A DNA stretch of 44,210 nucleotides from a virus (lineage: Duplodnaviria > Caudoviricetes): IMG/VR virus record IMGVR_UViG_3300005663_000089, positions 1 through 44,210 of that record, one strand, 5' to 3'. Each line of letters begins with the position of its first letter. Positions within the stretch are counted from its first letter, which is position 1. Both the position numbers and the translations under genes were made by a program. Under the pieces are notes generated by a model. The model worked only from the letters and a program-made list of their open reading frames with translations, was not told the DNA's origin and searched no databases. Positions 19,267 to 27,940 of this stretch are shown piece after piece.

Positions 19267-20156
19267 CAAAACAGATAAAAACAACCAGAGGCATTATAAT
19301 ACTAGCTTTAGGACACGCCTATTGGGGCAGATGGGCTTACAATCTAGCAATGTCAATCAAGTACACATCCCCGGATGCAAAGATAACTTTGCTATACGCA
19401 GGTGATGGGAAGTCTCAAATAACCGATTTAACGCTCTTTGATAAGGTTCTAAAGGTAAACCCCAAATATTACTTAACGGACGGTAGAACCGAGTATATGA
19501 AGGCTAAGACGGCACTTTACAGCCTATCACCATACGACGAAACCATTTATATGGATGCAGATGTAATATGGTTGAATAAAAAGCCTGTCAATCAGTTGTT
19601 CGAGGATTTAAAAGCCGTAGACTTTACAATGGCTAACAGAAGTTGGTTAAGCCTGGAAGAGGAGTGGATAGGCAATGAGTTTGGGGTATGGGCTTCACCT
19701 AAGTACATAAAGGATTATTTCAAGTTCAAAACGGGAAAGTTCTACAATCTTTCCTCAGAGATGATTTACTTTAAAAAGGATAAGAAGGTAGCCAAGCTAT
19801 TCGCTGATGCCTTTAAGCTCTTCGACGAACCTTTGGAACTTAATATGCAATTTAACTTAGGAATGCCTGACGAACTACCATTCACTATCGCAATGATTAA
19901 GAATGATATGTATCCTCATCAGGACAACTACAAGCCTTTCTATTGGGAGGCGGCACAAAAACCCCCATTAAGGCTGGAGGGGGCACAATTACAGCAGTTC
20001 TATGCTTATTCAATGGGTGGTCACATGGCACACCCCATTATGAAAAAGACATACGACAATTATGTAAAGTTCTACTGTAAGAAATTCAGCGTTATGACTC
20101 CATACCTTTGGATAGACAAGAGAAATGGCTGGATGCCAGGACGTTCAAACTTATAG
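19263..20156 (+). CDS. GT-A fold glycosyltransferase (GT8/mannosyltransferase-like)
   Basis: RGIIILA N-strand, SPYDETIYMDAD DxD motif, PDE. Confidence 0.8.
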   Translation: MTKQIKTTRGIIILALGHAYWGRWAYNLAMSIKYTSPDAKITLLYAGDGKSQITDLTLFDKVLKVNPKYYLTDGRTEYMKAKTALYSLSPYDETIYMDADVIWLNKKPVNQLFEDLKAVDFTMANRSWLSLEEEWIGNEFGVWASPKYIKDYFKFKTGKFYNLSSEMIYFKKDKKVAKLFADAFKLFDEPLELNMQFNLGMPDELPFTIAMIKNDMYPHQDNYKPFYWEAAQKPPLRLEGAQLQQFYAYSMGGHMAHPIMKKTYDNYVKFYCKKFSVMTPYLWIDKRNGWMPGRSNL

Positions 20157-20158
20157 CA

Positions 20159-21991
20159 ATGGCACTTTCACCAGAAGAAATAGTAAAGAAATTTATCAAG
20201 GGTAATCAACGCCACCCAGCGTACCTGGAGGCTGTTGATATAGAGAATCACCTTTCCTTTCATATTGACGGCTTCAATCCAAATAGATTCAGAGGACTGA
20301 AGGAACATGAAAAGGCATTCGCCCGGGCAATGGGAATGATGGATACGGAGAACCCTTATTTTCAATTATTGATAGATGAGAGGCGACCCGGGGAATCTTT
20401 GAAGGTTCAACTGCACCGAAGAAAGATATATTCATCGATTACCAAAGAGCCTTGCTTTAAAGTCATTTCAAGTTTAAATAAGATTGTTCGCTCGGATGAT
20501 TGGAAAATAGACTATTCTAACTCGGAGACTATAAAACAGGAAGGTGAGAACCTGGAGGATTACGCAGAGAAGAATTACCCGGGATTCGGATCGGTAACTA
20601 ATTGGGCTTATACCCTGGGATTGAAGAAGATTCTATCTGACCCTAATGGGTTTATGGTAGTCCTTCCTTTGGAATTTATGGTAGACCCCAATCAATTCCT
20701 AAGACCCTTTGCCAATTACATTCCATCTAAAGACGTGTTATTCTATGAGCCGGGAGTAATGATAGCTTACAAAAGCTCTCATGTAGGGGAGTTAAAGATT
20801 CAAAATCAAGTAAAGACCGTTCCCATATACAGGATTATTTCTACAGAGGGGGTATGGGAGGCTATGCAAGTAAATGAGAAGGGGGATTTCTCCTTAACTC
20901 CTCTTATGGCGTGGGATATGGACTTACCCGTAGTTATGAATGGGGGAGTTTTGGACAAGCTTATTAACAATATACCGCTTTATAATTCCTTCTTAAATCC
21001 CATGCTTCCAAGACTAGACGAGGCAGCCAGGGAGTACTCTGATATGCAAGCTGAAGTATTGCTTCACATTCATTCCACTTTAGCGGTTATACAGGGAGAG
21101 AAATGTATTAAGTGCAAAGGCACGGGACTTATCCCTAAACCAGGAGGTGCGGTATCTTGTGGTGATTGTGGTGGACGTGGAGCTGCTGCTGTTGATCCTT
21201 ACGAGACAATAGTAGTACGAGTGAGAGACGCTGACAAACAGCAAATACCTTTCCCTCCGGCTCAGTACATTACCAAGTCAACAGATATAGTTAAGATTCA
21301 GGATGAGAGAATAGACGCTCACATATTCAAGTCTCTGTCTAGTATTAATATGGAGTTTTTAGCCGAGACCCCTTTAAACCAATCAGGCAAAGCCAAAGAG
21401 GTAGATAAGGAGGAGTTAAACAACTTTGTTTACTCAATAGCTTTTCATCTGGTTAAGAACTTCTTAAACCCCATCTATAAGATCATATCAGACTATAGGT
21501 ATTCGGTTTTAATTCCTAACCAGGAAAAGAGAAACAAGTTACTTCCCTTGATTCAAGTACCTGAGCAGTTTGATCTATTAACTGAGAACACCCTTATAGA
21601 ACAGATAGGTAAGGCAAAGGAGGCTGGCATTGATGCTACTATAATCCAAGAGATGCAAGTAGATTATGTCAATAAGAAATTCAGGGATGCTCCAGAGATC
21701 AGGAATCAGTTGATTACCAGTATGGCTATGAATCCTTTTCCTACACTCAATGCAGAGCAATTAATTGAGTTGGAGATGAACCACGATATTACAAAGGAGG
21801 ATGCTGTAATGTCTACTTATGCTACGTATTTTGTAGAGAAGGCAGTAGAGGCTGATCCTACTTTCTTAGAAAAGAGTTTTGAGGAACGGTTAACGATAAT
21901 CAGAGACATGACAGATGAGAAGATTAAGGAGTTAGAAGCGGATAAGCCTGAGCCTGTTCCCGTGCCTCCTATCCCACCTGTTGAGGAATAG
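20159..21991 (+). CDS. Portal protein with an inserted DnaJ-type zinc finger
   Basis: ~610 aa, QSGKAKEVD (SGxA portal motif), CIKCKGTG/CGDCGGRG; precedes the minor head gene. Confidence 0.75.
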   Translation: MALSPEEIVKKFIKGNQRHPAYLEAVDIENHLSFHIDGFNPNRFRGLKEHEKAFARAMGMMDTENPYFQLLIDERRPGESLKVQLHRRKIYSSITKEPCFKVISSLNKIVRSDDWKIDYSNSETIKQEGENLEDYAEKNYPGFGSVTNWAYTLGLKKILSDPNGFMVVLPLEFMVDPNQFLRPFANYIPSKDVLFYEPGVMIAYKSSHVGELKIQNQVKTVPIYRIISTEGVWEAMQVNEKGDFSLTPLMAWDMDLPVVMNGGVLDKLINNIPLYNSFLNPMLPRLDEAAREYSDMQAEVLLHIHSTLAVIQGEKCIKCKGTGLIPKPGGAVSCGDCGGRGAAAVDPYETIVVRVRDADKQQIPFPPAQYITKSTDIVKIQDERIDAHIFKSLSSINMEFLAETPLNQSGKAKEVDKEELNNFVYSIAFHLVKNFLNPIYKIISDYRYSVLIPNQEKRNKLLPLIQVPEQFDLLTENTLIEQIGKAKEAGIDATIIQEMQVDYVNKKFRDAPEIRNQLITSMAMNPFPTLNAEQLIELEMNHDITKEDAVMSTYATYFVEKAVEADPTFLEKSFEERLTIIRDMTDEKIKELEADKPEPVPVPPIPPVEE

Positions 21992-22005
21992 GTTTATTTA
22001 ACTAA

Positions 22006-22908
22006 ATGTCACTAGAACAATCAGAGAAGGCACTGAACCGCCTAGTACGTCTTCTGGACAAGAGTGAAGACACGTTCACAGATTCAGTTCCGGCACTTGA
22101 AAAGAAGATATTTAGCCGTGTCCAGATTCTTTTAGGAGAGCTTGACAAGAGGCGTGGAAGGATAAGGGCTACGGGGGCTAACCTTCGCAAGATAAACAGA
22201 ATCAAGCGGGATATACGTGCTATTATATTGTCTGACCAGTACCTAAAAGATGTCGATAAGTTCACTAAGTCCTTTGACACAGCCACAGAGCTGCAAACAG
22301 CCTTCTTCACTACTTTAAAATCAGACTTTACCCAACCTAAGTTTATCAATACCTTACGGGAGGTGAGCATTCAGAACACCGTACAGGCTCTTACTGAATC
22401 GGGCATACAGTCTAACATAGTTGATAAGGCTGCCAATATAATACGAACCAATATATCGGATAGCAATAGCTTCTCTAATCTTATGGATGAGATGAGGGGA
22501 TTTTTAACTAAGACAGAGGAGTCCGTAGGAGCGTTGCAACGGCACACAAGCCAGATAGTAACCGATGCCCTGAATACGTATGCGAGAGAGTACTCCCAGG
22601 TAGTCTCTGAGAACCTGGATAATGATTGGTTTATTTATGTAGGATCACTTGTAGAGGATTCCAGAGACTTTTGTATAGCACTGGTAAAGAAAAAATGGAT
22701 ACACAGATCAGAGTTTACCCAGATTACAAAAGGCAATATTGATGTAGACAATGATGGAGATACTGAGAAGGTATCATTACAAGGGGTCAAGCCCCAAACG
22801 AACGCCAGTAACTTCATTACATTTGCCGGGGGCTTTAATTGTAATCATGTAGTAGCTCCTATTAATGAGGAGTTTGTACCTGAAAAGTTGGTAAAAAGGT
22901 TTAAATGA
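22006..22908 (+). CDS. Minor capsid/head morphogenesis protein
   Basis: DSRDFC and GGFNCNH motifs; follows portal. Confidence 0.8.
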   Translation: MSLEQSEKALNRLVRLLDKSEDTFTDSVPALEKKIFSRVQILLGELDKRRGRIRATGANLRKINRIKRDIRAIILSDQYLKDVDKFTKSFDTATELQTAFFTTLKSDFTQPKFINTLREVSIQNTVQALTESGIQSNIVDKAANIIRTNISDSNSFSNLMDEMRGFLTKTEESVGALQRHTSQIVTDALNTYAREYSQVVSENLDNDWFIYVGSLVEDSRDFCIALVKKKWIHRSEFTQITKGNIDVDNDGDTEKVSLQGVKPQTNASNFITFAGGFNCNHVVAPINEEFVPEKLVKRFK

Positions 22909-22917
22909 TTATATTTG
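22887..22917 (+). promoter_or_regulatory. Promoter of putative antisense RNA 1
   Basis: GTTG-19nt-TATATTTG Bacteroidota consensus. Confidence 0.65.
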
Positions 22918-22938
22918 GAATGTAAAATACGCAAGTGT
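22910..22938. repeat. 29-bp perfect inverted repeat (left), partner at 25583-25611
   Basis: TATATTTGGAATGTAAAATACGCAAGTGT. Confidence 0.95.
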
Positions 22939-23004
22939 ATCTGTGAAAGAAAATAAGAGGATAACCTGGCAGTGGTTTTACGGGAGGGGTTGATACTATC
23001 CAGG

Positions 23005-23028
23005 AAAAAAGGGGGCGTGAACCCCCTT
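23005..23028 (-). terminator. Intrinsic terminator of peptide 1 mRNA
   Basis: Reverse complement AAGGGGGTTCACGCCCCCTTTTTT, identical to the right copy. Confidence 0.75.
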
Positions 23029-23036
23029 AGTAACTA

Positions 23037-23114
23037 TCAGATTAATCCGATTAGGATTAGTAATGCAAGAGGAGAGATAGTTATCTCCAATGCACCGATT
23101 TTGATATAAATCAT
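23037..23114 (-). CDS. 25-aa hydrophobic peptide, putative type I toxin
   Basis: MIYIKIGALEITISPLALLILIGLI*. Confidence 0.6.
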   Translation of the reverse strand: MIYIKIGALEITISPLALLILIGLI

Positions 23115-23318
23115 TGTAACTGATTTAAGTTAAAATCTGACGCTAGACCCTCAGGCTACTACCTGGGGGTTTTTCTAGCCGTTTCCCGTAATCCATTGAA
23201 GGATTTAACAGGATTACAATATACACAAACGTACAGATACGGTATAAAAGACTTTAGGTGTTTCTACTCTATTGAATTCAAAAACATTACCTTAGATTTA
23301 CACCTAGCATACAATCCT

Positions 23319-23442
23319 TGAGGTAAATTGTGAGAAGTTTTCGCGCAGGGATAAGGCTAGGGGTTATTATGCTCTCTGCGCAGTCCTTCGGGAAATAGGT
23401 TTCTCACAAGCCTACCTCAGATAGTTTTAATAGCCCCTTTTT
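23319..23442 (+). promoter_or_regulatory. Structured switch-like leader RNA
   Basis: Nested stems, UUCG hairpin, and alternative AGGGGTTATTA/TAATAGCCCCT stem plus T-run. Confidence 0.6.
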
Positions 23443-23462
23443 GTGGGCTTAACTCTTCGCCT

Positions 23463-23945
23463 ATGAAAACGCTACTTGTACTGCTTTTCCCTACCCTATT
23501 ATTTGCCCAGGATTGCAAATACAAAAGGAATGAAGTGGATAAATTCACAAAAACGAAGGTCATACAAACTAAAGGAGTAAAAGTATTGTATGGGCTTACG
23601 GACTATACCCTGATAAGCGGATTGGTATTGAATGAGTATAAATATTTGAGAGTATCTCTATCTACGCATACGCTTACTTCCTTTAGAAAAAATAGCAAGT
23701 TTATGTTAATGTTTGAATCTGATTCTGTGATTACTGTAACCGCAATAGCAAATTCAAAAGCAAGTCATGCAGGTGATATGTGGTTCACGCACGTAAATTA
23801 CCTCATAACTAAGGAGCAGCTAGATTATTTGTCATCAAATAAAATAGTTACCATTAGGCTTTACAGTTCGGATGGTTATATAGAAGACAACATTAAAAAT
23901 AAACGTGCCCTCTCATTACAGAAAGACCTGAAGTGCATTCAATAG
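23463..23945 (+). CDS. Secreted/periplasmic protein (moron)
   Basis: Signal peptide MKTLLVLLFPTLLFA-QD; NEVDKFT motif. Confidence 0.75.
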   Translation: MKTLLVLLFPTLLFAQDCKYKRNEVDKFTKTKVIQTKGVKVLYGLTDYTLISGLVLNEYKYLRVSLSTHTLTSFRKNSKFMLMFESDSVITVTAIANSKASHAGDMWFTHVNYLITKEQLDYLSSNKIVTIRLYSSDGYIEDNIKNKRALSLQKDLKCIQ

Positions 23946-23971
23946 CCAGAAATGGCTTCAAAAGGTAATCA

Positions 23972-25204
23972 TTATTCTACCAGAGGCGAGTAGTCTTTCT
24001 CAGTAAACATCTGAAGCTGTCCGTTTGACAATATTGCACTGCACACGATAAAGTGAAAGATAAAGTTCTTCAATCGGTGCTTCTTCTTCACGAAGTCCAC
24101 TTTCTTTGAGAACTTACCGACTAGGTATTGATAGATAATCGAAGTGATGGCTGAGATAATCATAAATACAGTATTCTCATTTAAGAAAGAAAACGGCAAC
24201 CTCCCCCAATTAAAGTTGTTCTTCAGATCATCAAAGTTCCTTTCTATTGCCCCTCTTTTATTGTAGAAGTAAACGACATCCTTATCGCTCATTGTTAGGT
24301 TGTTTGTGATTATACCCCTGTAACATAGTTCATTCTTTGTGTTGGTATATCTGGTTATAACAATCCTATAGGGCTTGTCAGTTTCCAAAACATCAGAGTA
24401 GTTAATACAGGTAATGCCAAACGCTTTCCCACCTATTAAGATAGTATCCCATTCCACCCCTCCATATTCTAAGAAGTCAATCATCTCTCTGTGCTTTCTG
24501 TATCGAATGAAAAACTCTGACTTCCTATTGTGTATCAAGTCCATTAATCCTTTATTGTAGGCTGCTGCATCGCTTCTGAAAGTATTTATTTTAATCCCCT
24601 TTTCATCTAGTATTTCAAGTGTTCTTTCAATCGTTTCCTTGATCTTGAATGAAGCGTTAGAGTTTCCATTACGCCCTTCTATATATACAGGAATCTTATC
24701 TATAAATGACACTCCTGGCTGATAACCTTGTGATCGATCATACGTCTTTGTACGGTCATATTTATGGTGATATATGATAGTGTTATCGTAATCAAGCGTG
24801 TAAGACTTTTTCTTATTTAGAAGCCCCAATTTTAAGGAGGTATCTAGCATGAGTTTATTCAAGGGCTTGTGTATATTGAATTGGTGTACTTTCTCTTTCT
24901 TTATAAATTCTGTCTTTACAGCAAAGGATTTCATTACCGTACCCAGGGCATCGTGAGAAGGTAGTTTCATATCAAGCGAACCCCTTAGTTTTTCTATATC
25001 CTCCAGGCGTTCTGCACCACACAGGTTGCAGTAAGTCCAATTTAGAAGTATGTCCGAGTAGGAGTATTTGGCTTGCTTGACTCGTTTTCCTAAATGAGAG
25101 TCAATTAGATTAGCTAGTCCTTTGTTTTTAAGGTCATTGATTACGAAAAACAATCCTCCGAAGGGATTGACTTTCTTATGAGAATTTATTATCTTTGTTA
25201 TCAC
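23972..25204 (-). mobile_element. tnp: IS1380-family DDE transposase, intact ORF
   Basis: TLDYD, YQPGV, RSDAAAY, YNKRGAIERNFDDLKN.FNWGRLPFS; Bacteroidota IS1380-like. Confidence 0.9.
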
Positions 25205-25234
25205 AACGTTTAATTTATGGTGTTAGCCGTAGTT

Positions 25235-25278
25235 GAATGTTTTAGGGATGTTCTGTTGAAGCAGAGTGTCCCTTTTTT
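25235..25278 (+). terminator. Hairpin plus T-run in the transposase leader region
   Basis: AGGGATGTTCTGTTGAAGCAGAGTGTCCCT followed by TTTTT. Confidence 0.55.
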
Positions 25279-25461
25279 GTTGCACTAATATACATATAAC
25301 TATTTGATTTTCAAACACTTACAAGAAAAAAAGCACATTTATTTTTGAGTATCTTTATACTCTCGTTAAATCTGTGAAAGGATTGCGGGGAAACGATCAG
25401 AACAAACCCCCAAGCAATTGCCTGAGGGTCTGATGTCAGAATAGAACTTCATACTAACGCT

Positions 25462-25536
25462 ATGAAAGCCCTAATCGACCGATTAATAGTTTTACTCATG
25501 CTATTAATCATTCTGGTCATTGTTACTAGAAAGTAA
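25462..25536 (+). CDS. 24-aa hydrophobic peptide, putative Ibs-like type I toxin
   Basis: MKALIDRLIVLLMLLIILVIVTRK*. Confidence 0.65.
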   Translation: MKALIDRLIVLLMLLIILVIVTRK

Positions 25537-25545
25537 CTGAGTACT

Positions 25546-25571
25546 AAGGGGGTTCACGCCCCCTTTTTTTT
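25546..25571 (+). terminator. Intrinsic terminator of peptide 2 mRNA
   Basis: AAGGGGGTTCACGCCCCCTTTTTTTT. Confidence 0.8.
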
Positions 25572-25582
25572 AGCAGATAAAA

Positions 25583-25611
25583 ACACTTGCGTATTTTACA
25601 TTCCAAATATA
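25583..25611. repeat. 29-bp perfect inverted repeat (right)
   Basis: ACACTTGCGTATTTTACATTCCAAATATA. Confidence 0.95.
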
Positions 25612-25670
25612 GGTATTTAAATAAACTTTTCTTACCTTTTAACTTTCATGGCAGCTATTATCCAGGATTG

Positions 25671-25705
25671 AGAACTCTGAGTTTATACTCAGGGTTTTCT
25701 TTTTT
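25671..25705 (+). terminator. Hairpin plus T-run
   Basis: AGAACTCTGAG-TTTATA-CTCAGGGTTTT followed by Ts. Confidence 0.55.
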
Positions 25706-25709
25706 ATCG

Positions 25710-25812
25710 TATCTTTACCCCCGCATTGCCACTCCAAAAACAATATAACGTCCCTGAAGATAGCTCTAGCCTAACGGCTGTGGTAATGCACTTGCTATTG
25801 GATGGGGCGACC
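25710..25812 (+). promoter_or_regulatory. Promoter-like TATCTTTA plus structured leader of the glycan operon
   Basis: GCATTGCCAC (25723) complementary to GTGGTAATGC (25780) inside a competing hairpin. Confidence 0.5.
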
Positions 25813-25835
25813 CTATTATAAGAACTATAAAAACT

Positions 25836-26492
25836 ATGAAAATTTTAGTAAAATACCCCTCTAGGGAAAGAAGAGAACAGTTTTTAAATGTTCTTCATCT
25901 AATGGATGAAAAAGCATCCGATAAAAACAACATTAACTATCTGGTAACTTTAGATTCAGATGATAGTACTATGGCTAACATTGAAGATGATATTAACGTT
26001 AATAATGTTACCGTAATTTATGGTGAATCTGATTCTAAAATTCATGCCTGTAACAGAGACATGGAAGAAATAGGAGGCTGGGATATAGTAATTCTTGTTT
26101 CCGACGATATGGTTCCTCAGATTGAGGGGTGGGATGAGGTGCTTCGTGCAACTATGGAGAAACACTTTCCTGATACTGATGGGGCTTTATGGTTTAATGA
26201 TGGTTATCAGCCACGAACTTGCACCCTTACTGTATTTGGCAAGAAATACTATGATAGATTCGGATGGTTGTATCACCCAGATTATCACAGTTTGTTTTGC
26301 GATAACGAACAAACAGAAGTAGGATTGGGATTAGGCAAATTACAATATTTCGAGACCGTGTTATTTAAGCACGAACACTTCGCAAACAACAGCCAAGTAA
26401 AACGAGATAGTTTGTACGATAGAAACGAAGCATTATTTAACATTGATAAACAAACTTATGAACATCGTAAGGCAGAAGGATTTCCAGTATGA
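25836..26492 (+). CDS. GT2-like glycosyltransferase
   Basis: KYPSRER, DIVILVSDDM, SLFCDNE. Confidence 0.8.
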   Translation: MKILVKYPSRERREQFLNVLHLMDEKASDKNNINYLVTLDSDDSTMANIEDDINVNNVTVIYGESDSKIHACNRDMEEIGGWDIVILVSDDMVPQIEGWDEVLRATMEKHFPDTDGALWFNDGYQPRTCTLTVFGKKYYDRFGWLYHPDYHSLFCDNEQTEVGLGLGKLQYFETVLFKHEHFANNSQVKRDSLYDRNEALFNIDKQTYEHRKAEGFPV

Positions 26493-27172
26493 ACGATAAA
26501 TGTATTATAAACGTATCTACCGGAACTTACATTAAGGGACTCGATAGATTAAGAGACTCTTTGGACACGGTAGGATTTGACGGTGATCTGCTGGGATGGA
26601 CTCAGGAGAATCAAATAGGCGCACCGCTACACAAGGACAACCCCTATGCGTTTAAGTGTTATGCCTTCGACGAAGCTTTGCGCCAGGGCTACCGTAAAAT
26701 TCTCTGGGTAGACGCTTCTATATGGGCTGTTAAACCTCTTGATCCAATCTGGAATGGATTAAAGGAACACGGTTACGTGAAGCAATATGCGGGGCATCTA
26801 TGCGGTACATGGTCAAGTGATGAGCAATTAGAGTATTTTGGGGTTACAAGAGACGAAGCCATGAAGCTAGAAATGTATGGAAACGGAGGGTTTTTAGCTT
26901 TGGATTTTGATATACCAATAGCAGTAGAATTTTTCAAACAATGGAAAGAAGCAATGTTAAACGGTATGTTCAAGGGTTCATGGAATAATGACAATAATTG
27001 CGTTTCTTCTGATCCACGATGCAAAGGGACGCGCCACGATATGATTTGCGGCAGTTTAATAGCTAATAAATTAGAAATGTATGCTTATCCTGAACATTGC
27101 CTTATGACTTATGTTGGTGATGGCTATAATGATCCTCCAGAAACCGCAGTACTATACGCACAGGGCTTATGA
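26489..27172 (+). CDS. GT-A fold glycosyltransferase (nucleotide-diphospho-sugar transferase-like)
   Basis: YAFK...ILWVDAS, RHD motifs. Confidence 0.7.
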   Translation: MNDKCIINVSTGTYIKGLDRLRDSLDTVGFDGDLLGWTQENQIGAPLHKDNPYAFKCYAFDEALRQGYRKILWVDASIWAVKPLDPIWNGLKEHGYVKQYAGHLCGTWSSDEQLEYFGVTRDEAMKLEMYGNGGFLALDFDIPIAVEFFKQWKEAMLNGMFKGSWNNDNNCVSSDPRCKGTRHDMICGSLIANKLEMYAYPEHCLMTYVGDGYNDPPETAVLYAQGL

Positions 27173-27351
27173 GTTATAATATGTCTAGACTTTCAACAAA
27201 GCAATTATATTTTTTGTTCATGTTAATATCAATGGTATCACTATATTGTAAATTCAACGATCTTAGGTTTTCCCCACTACACATTTCATCATTACTTGTA
27301 AACCTCTATATAATAATATGCATCTTTTTTAAAGACATCAATGAGCTTTAA
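27169..27351 (+). CDS. Small membrane protein
   Basis: Two hydrophobic stretches; coupled ORF. Confidence 0.5.
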   Translation: MSYNMSRLSTKQLYFLFMLISMVSLYCKFNDLRFSPLHISSLLVNLYIIICIFFKDINEL

Positions 27352-27940
27352 TATGTTCCCCCACTACCAGACCCTCGAAAGCGGAACAGAAGGAAAACCC
27401 GGAAAGGCGAACCGATCTATCCCAGACAGGATAGTTACCTATGGAATAGACAAAGTAATAGATACGGATAAAACCGTACTTGATTTAGGATGTAACAGGG
27501 GTTATTTTGGCATCTGTCTGAGTCCGTATATAGGAGGATATTTGGGTGTTGAAGCATCATATAATGATCTTGTATTTGGCATCAAGGAAAATACTAGACA
27601 AGGACTTGCGAATCTTTCATTCATGAATGAAAAGTATTCACATAAATTCGATTACGGTAAATTCGACATTATCATTTGTTGTGCCTTCCATATCTATACA
27701 GGTATTCCTATGGATCAATTTGGTAAGCACTTGATTGATATGCTGAATCCTGAGGGGCATCTATTCTTAGAGGGTCACCCTCCAGGCTATCACCTTCCGA
27801 ATATAGACTTTAACGAACCAGAACATTATTGGAATCCCTTAACAGGTAGATTGGGTAAGGATTTAAAGGTAATCGAAGAAAAGAAAGTCAAGGATAGGGA
27901 ATTACTAAGACCATTTATACACTATCAGAAATGCAATTAG
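27341..27940 (+). CDS. Class I SAM-dependent methyltransferase (WbdD MTase-like)
   Basis: TVLDLGCNRGYF, FDIIIC, LNPEGHLFLE. Confidence 0.8.
   Translation: MSFNMFPHYQTLESGTEGKPGKANRSIPDRIVTYGIDKVIDTDKTVLDLGCNRGYFGICLSPYIGGYLGVEASYNDLVFGIKENTRQGLANLSFMNEKYSHKFDYGKFDIIICCAFHIYTGIPMDQFGKHLIDMLNPEGHLFLEGHPPGYHLPNIDFNEPEHYWNPLTGRLGKDLKVIEEKKVKDRELLRPFIHYQKCN

Larger units (their letters stand above)
22924..23174 (+). ncRNA. Putative antitoxin antisense RNA 1 (Sib-like)
   Basis: Promoter at 22910, terminator hairpin 23147-23174, spans the whole peptide ORF on the opposite strand. Confidence 0.55.
25400..25597 (-). ncRNA. Putative antitoxin antisense RNA 2 (Sib-like)
   Basis: TATATTTG on the minus strand at 25604-25611; terminator-like hairpin 25404-25431. 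Confidence 0.55.

Noticed and set aside
22939-22949. ATCTGTGAAAG repeated at 25370-25380 as a target-site duplication
   Set aside because: Both copies lie inside the TA modules rather than flanking the element; may be chance or RNA cross-pairing.
25612-25640. dif/Xer-like site
   Set aside because: Only weak AT-rich resemblance to one arm; no recombinase nearby.
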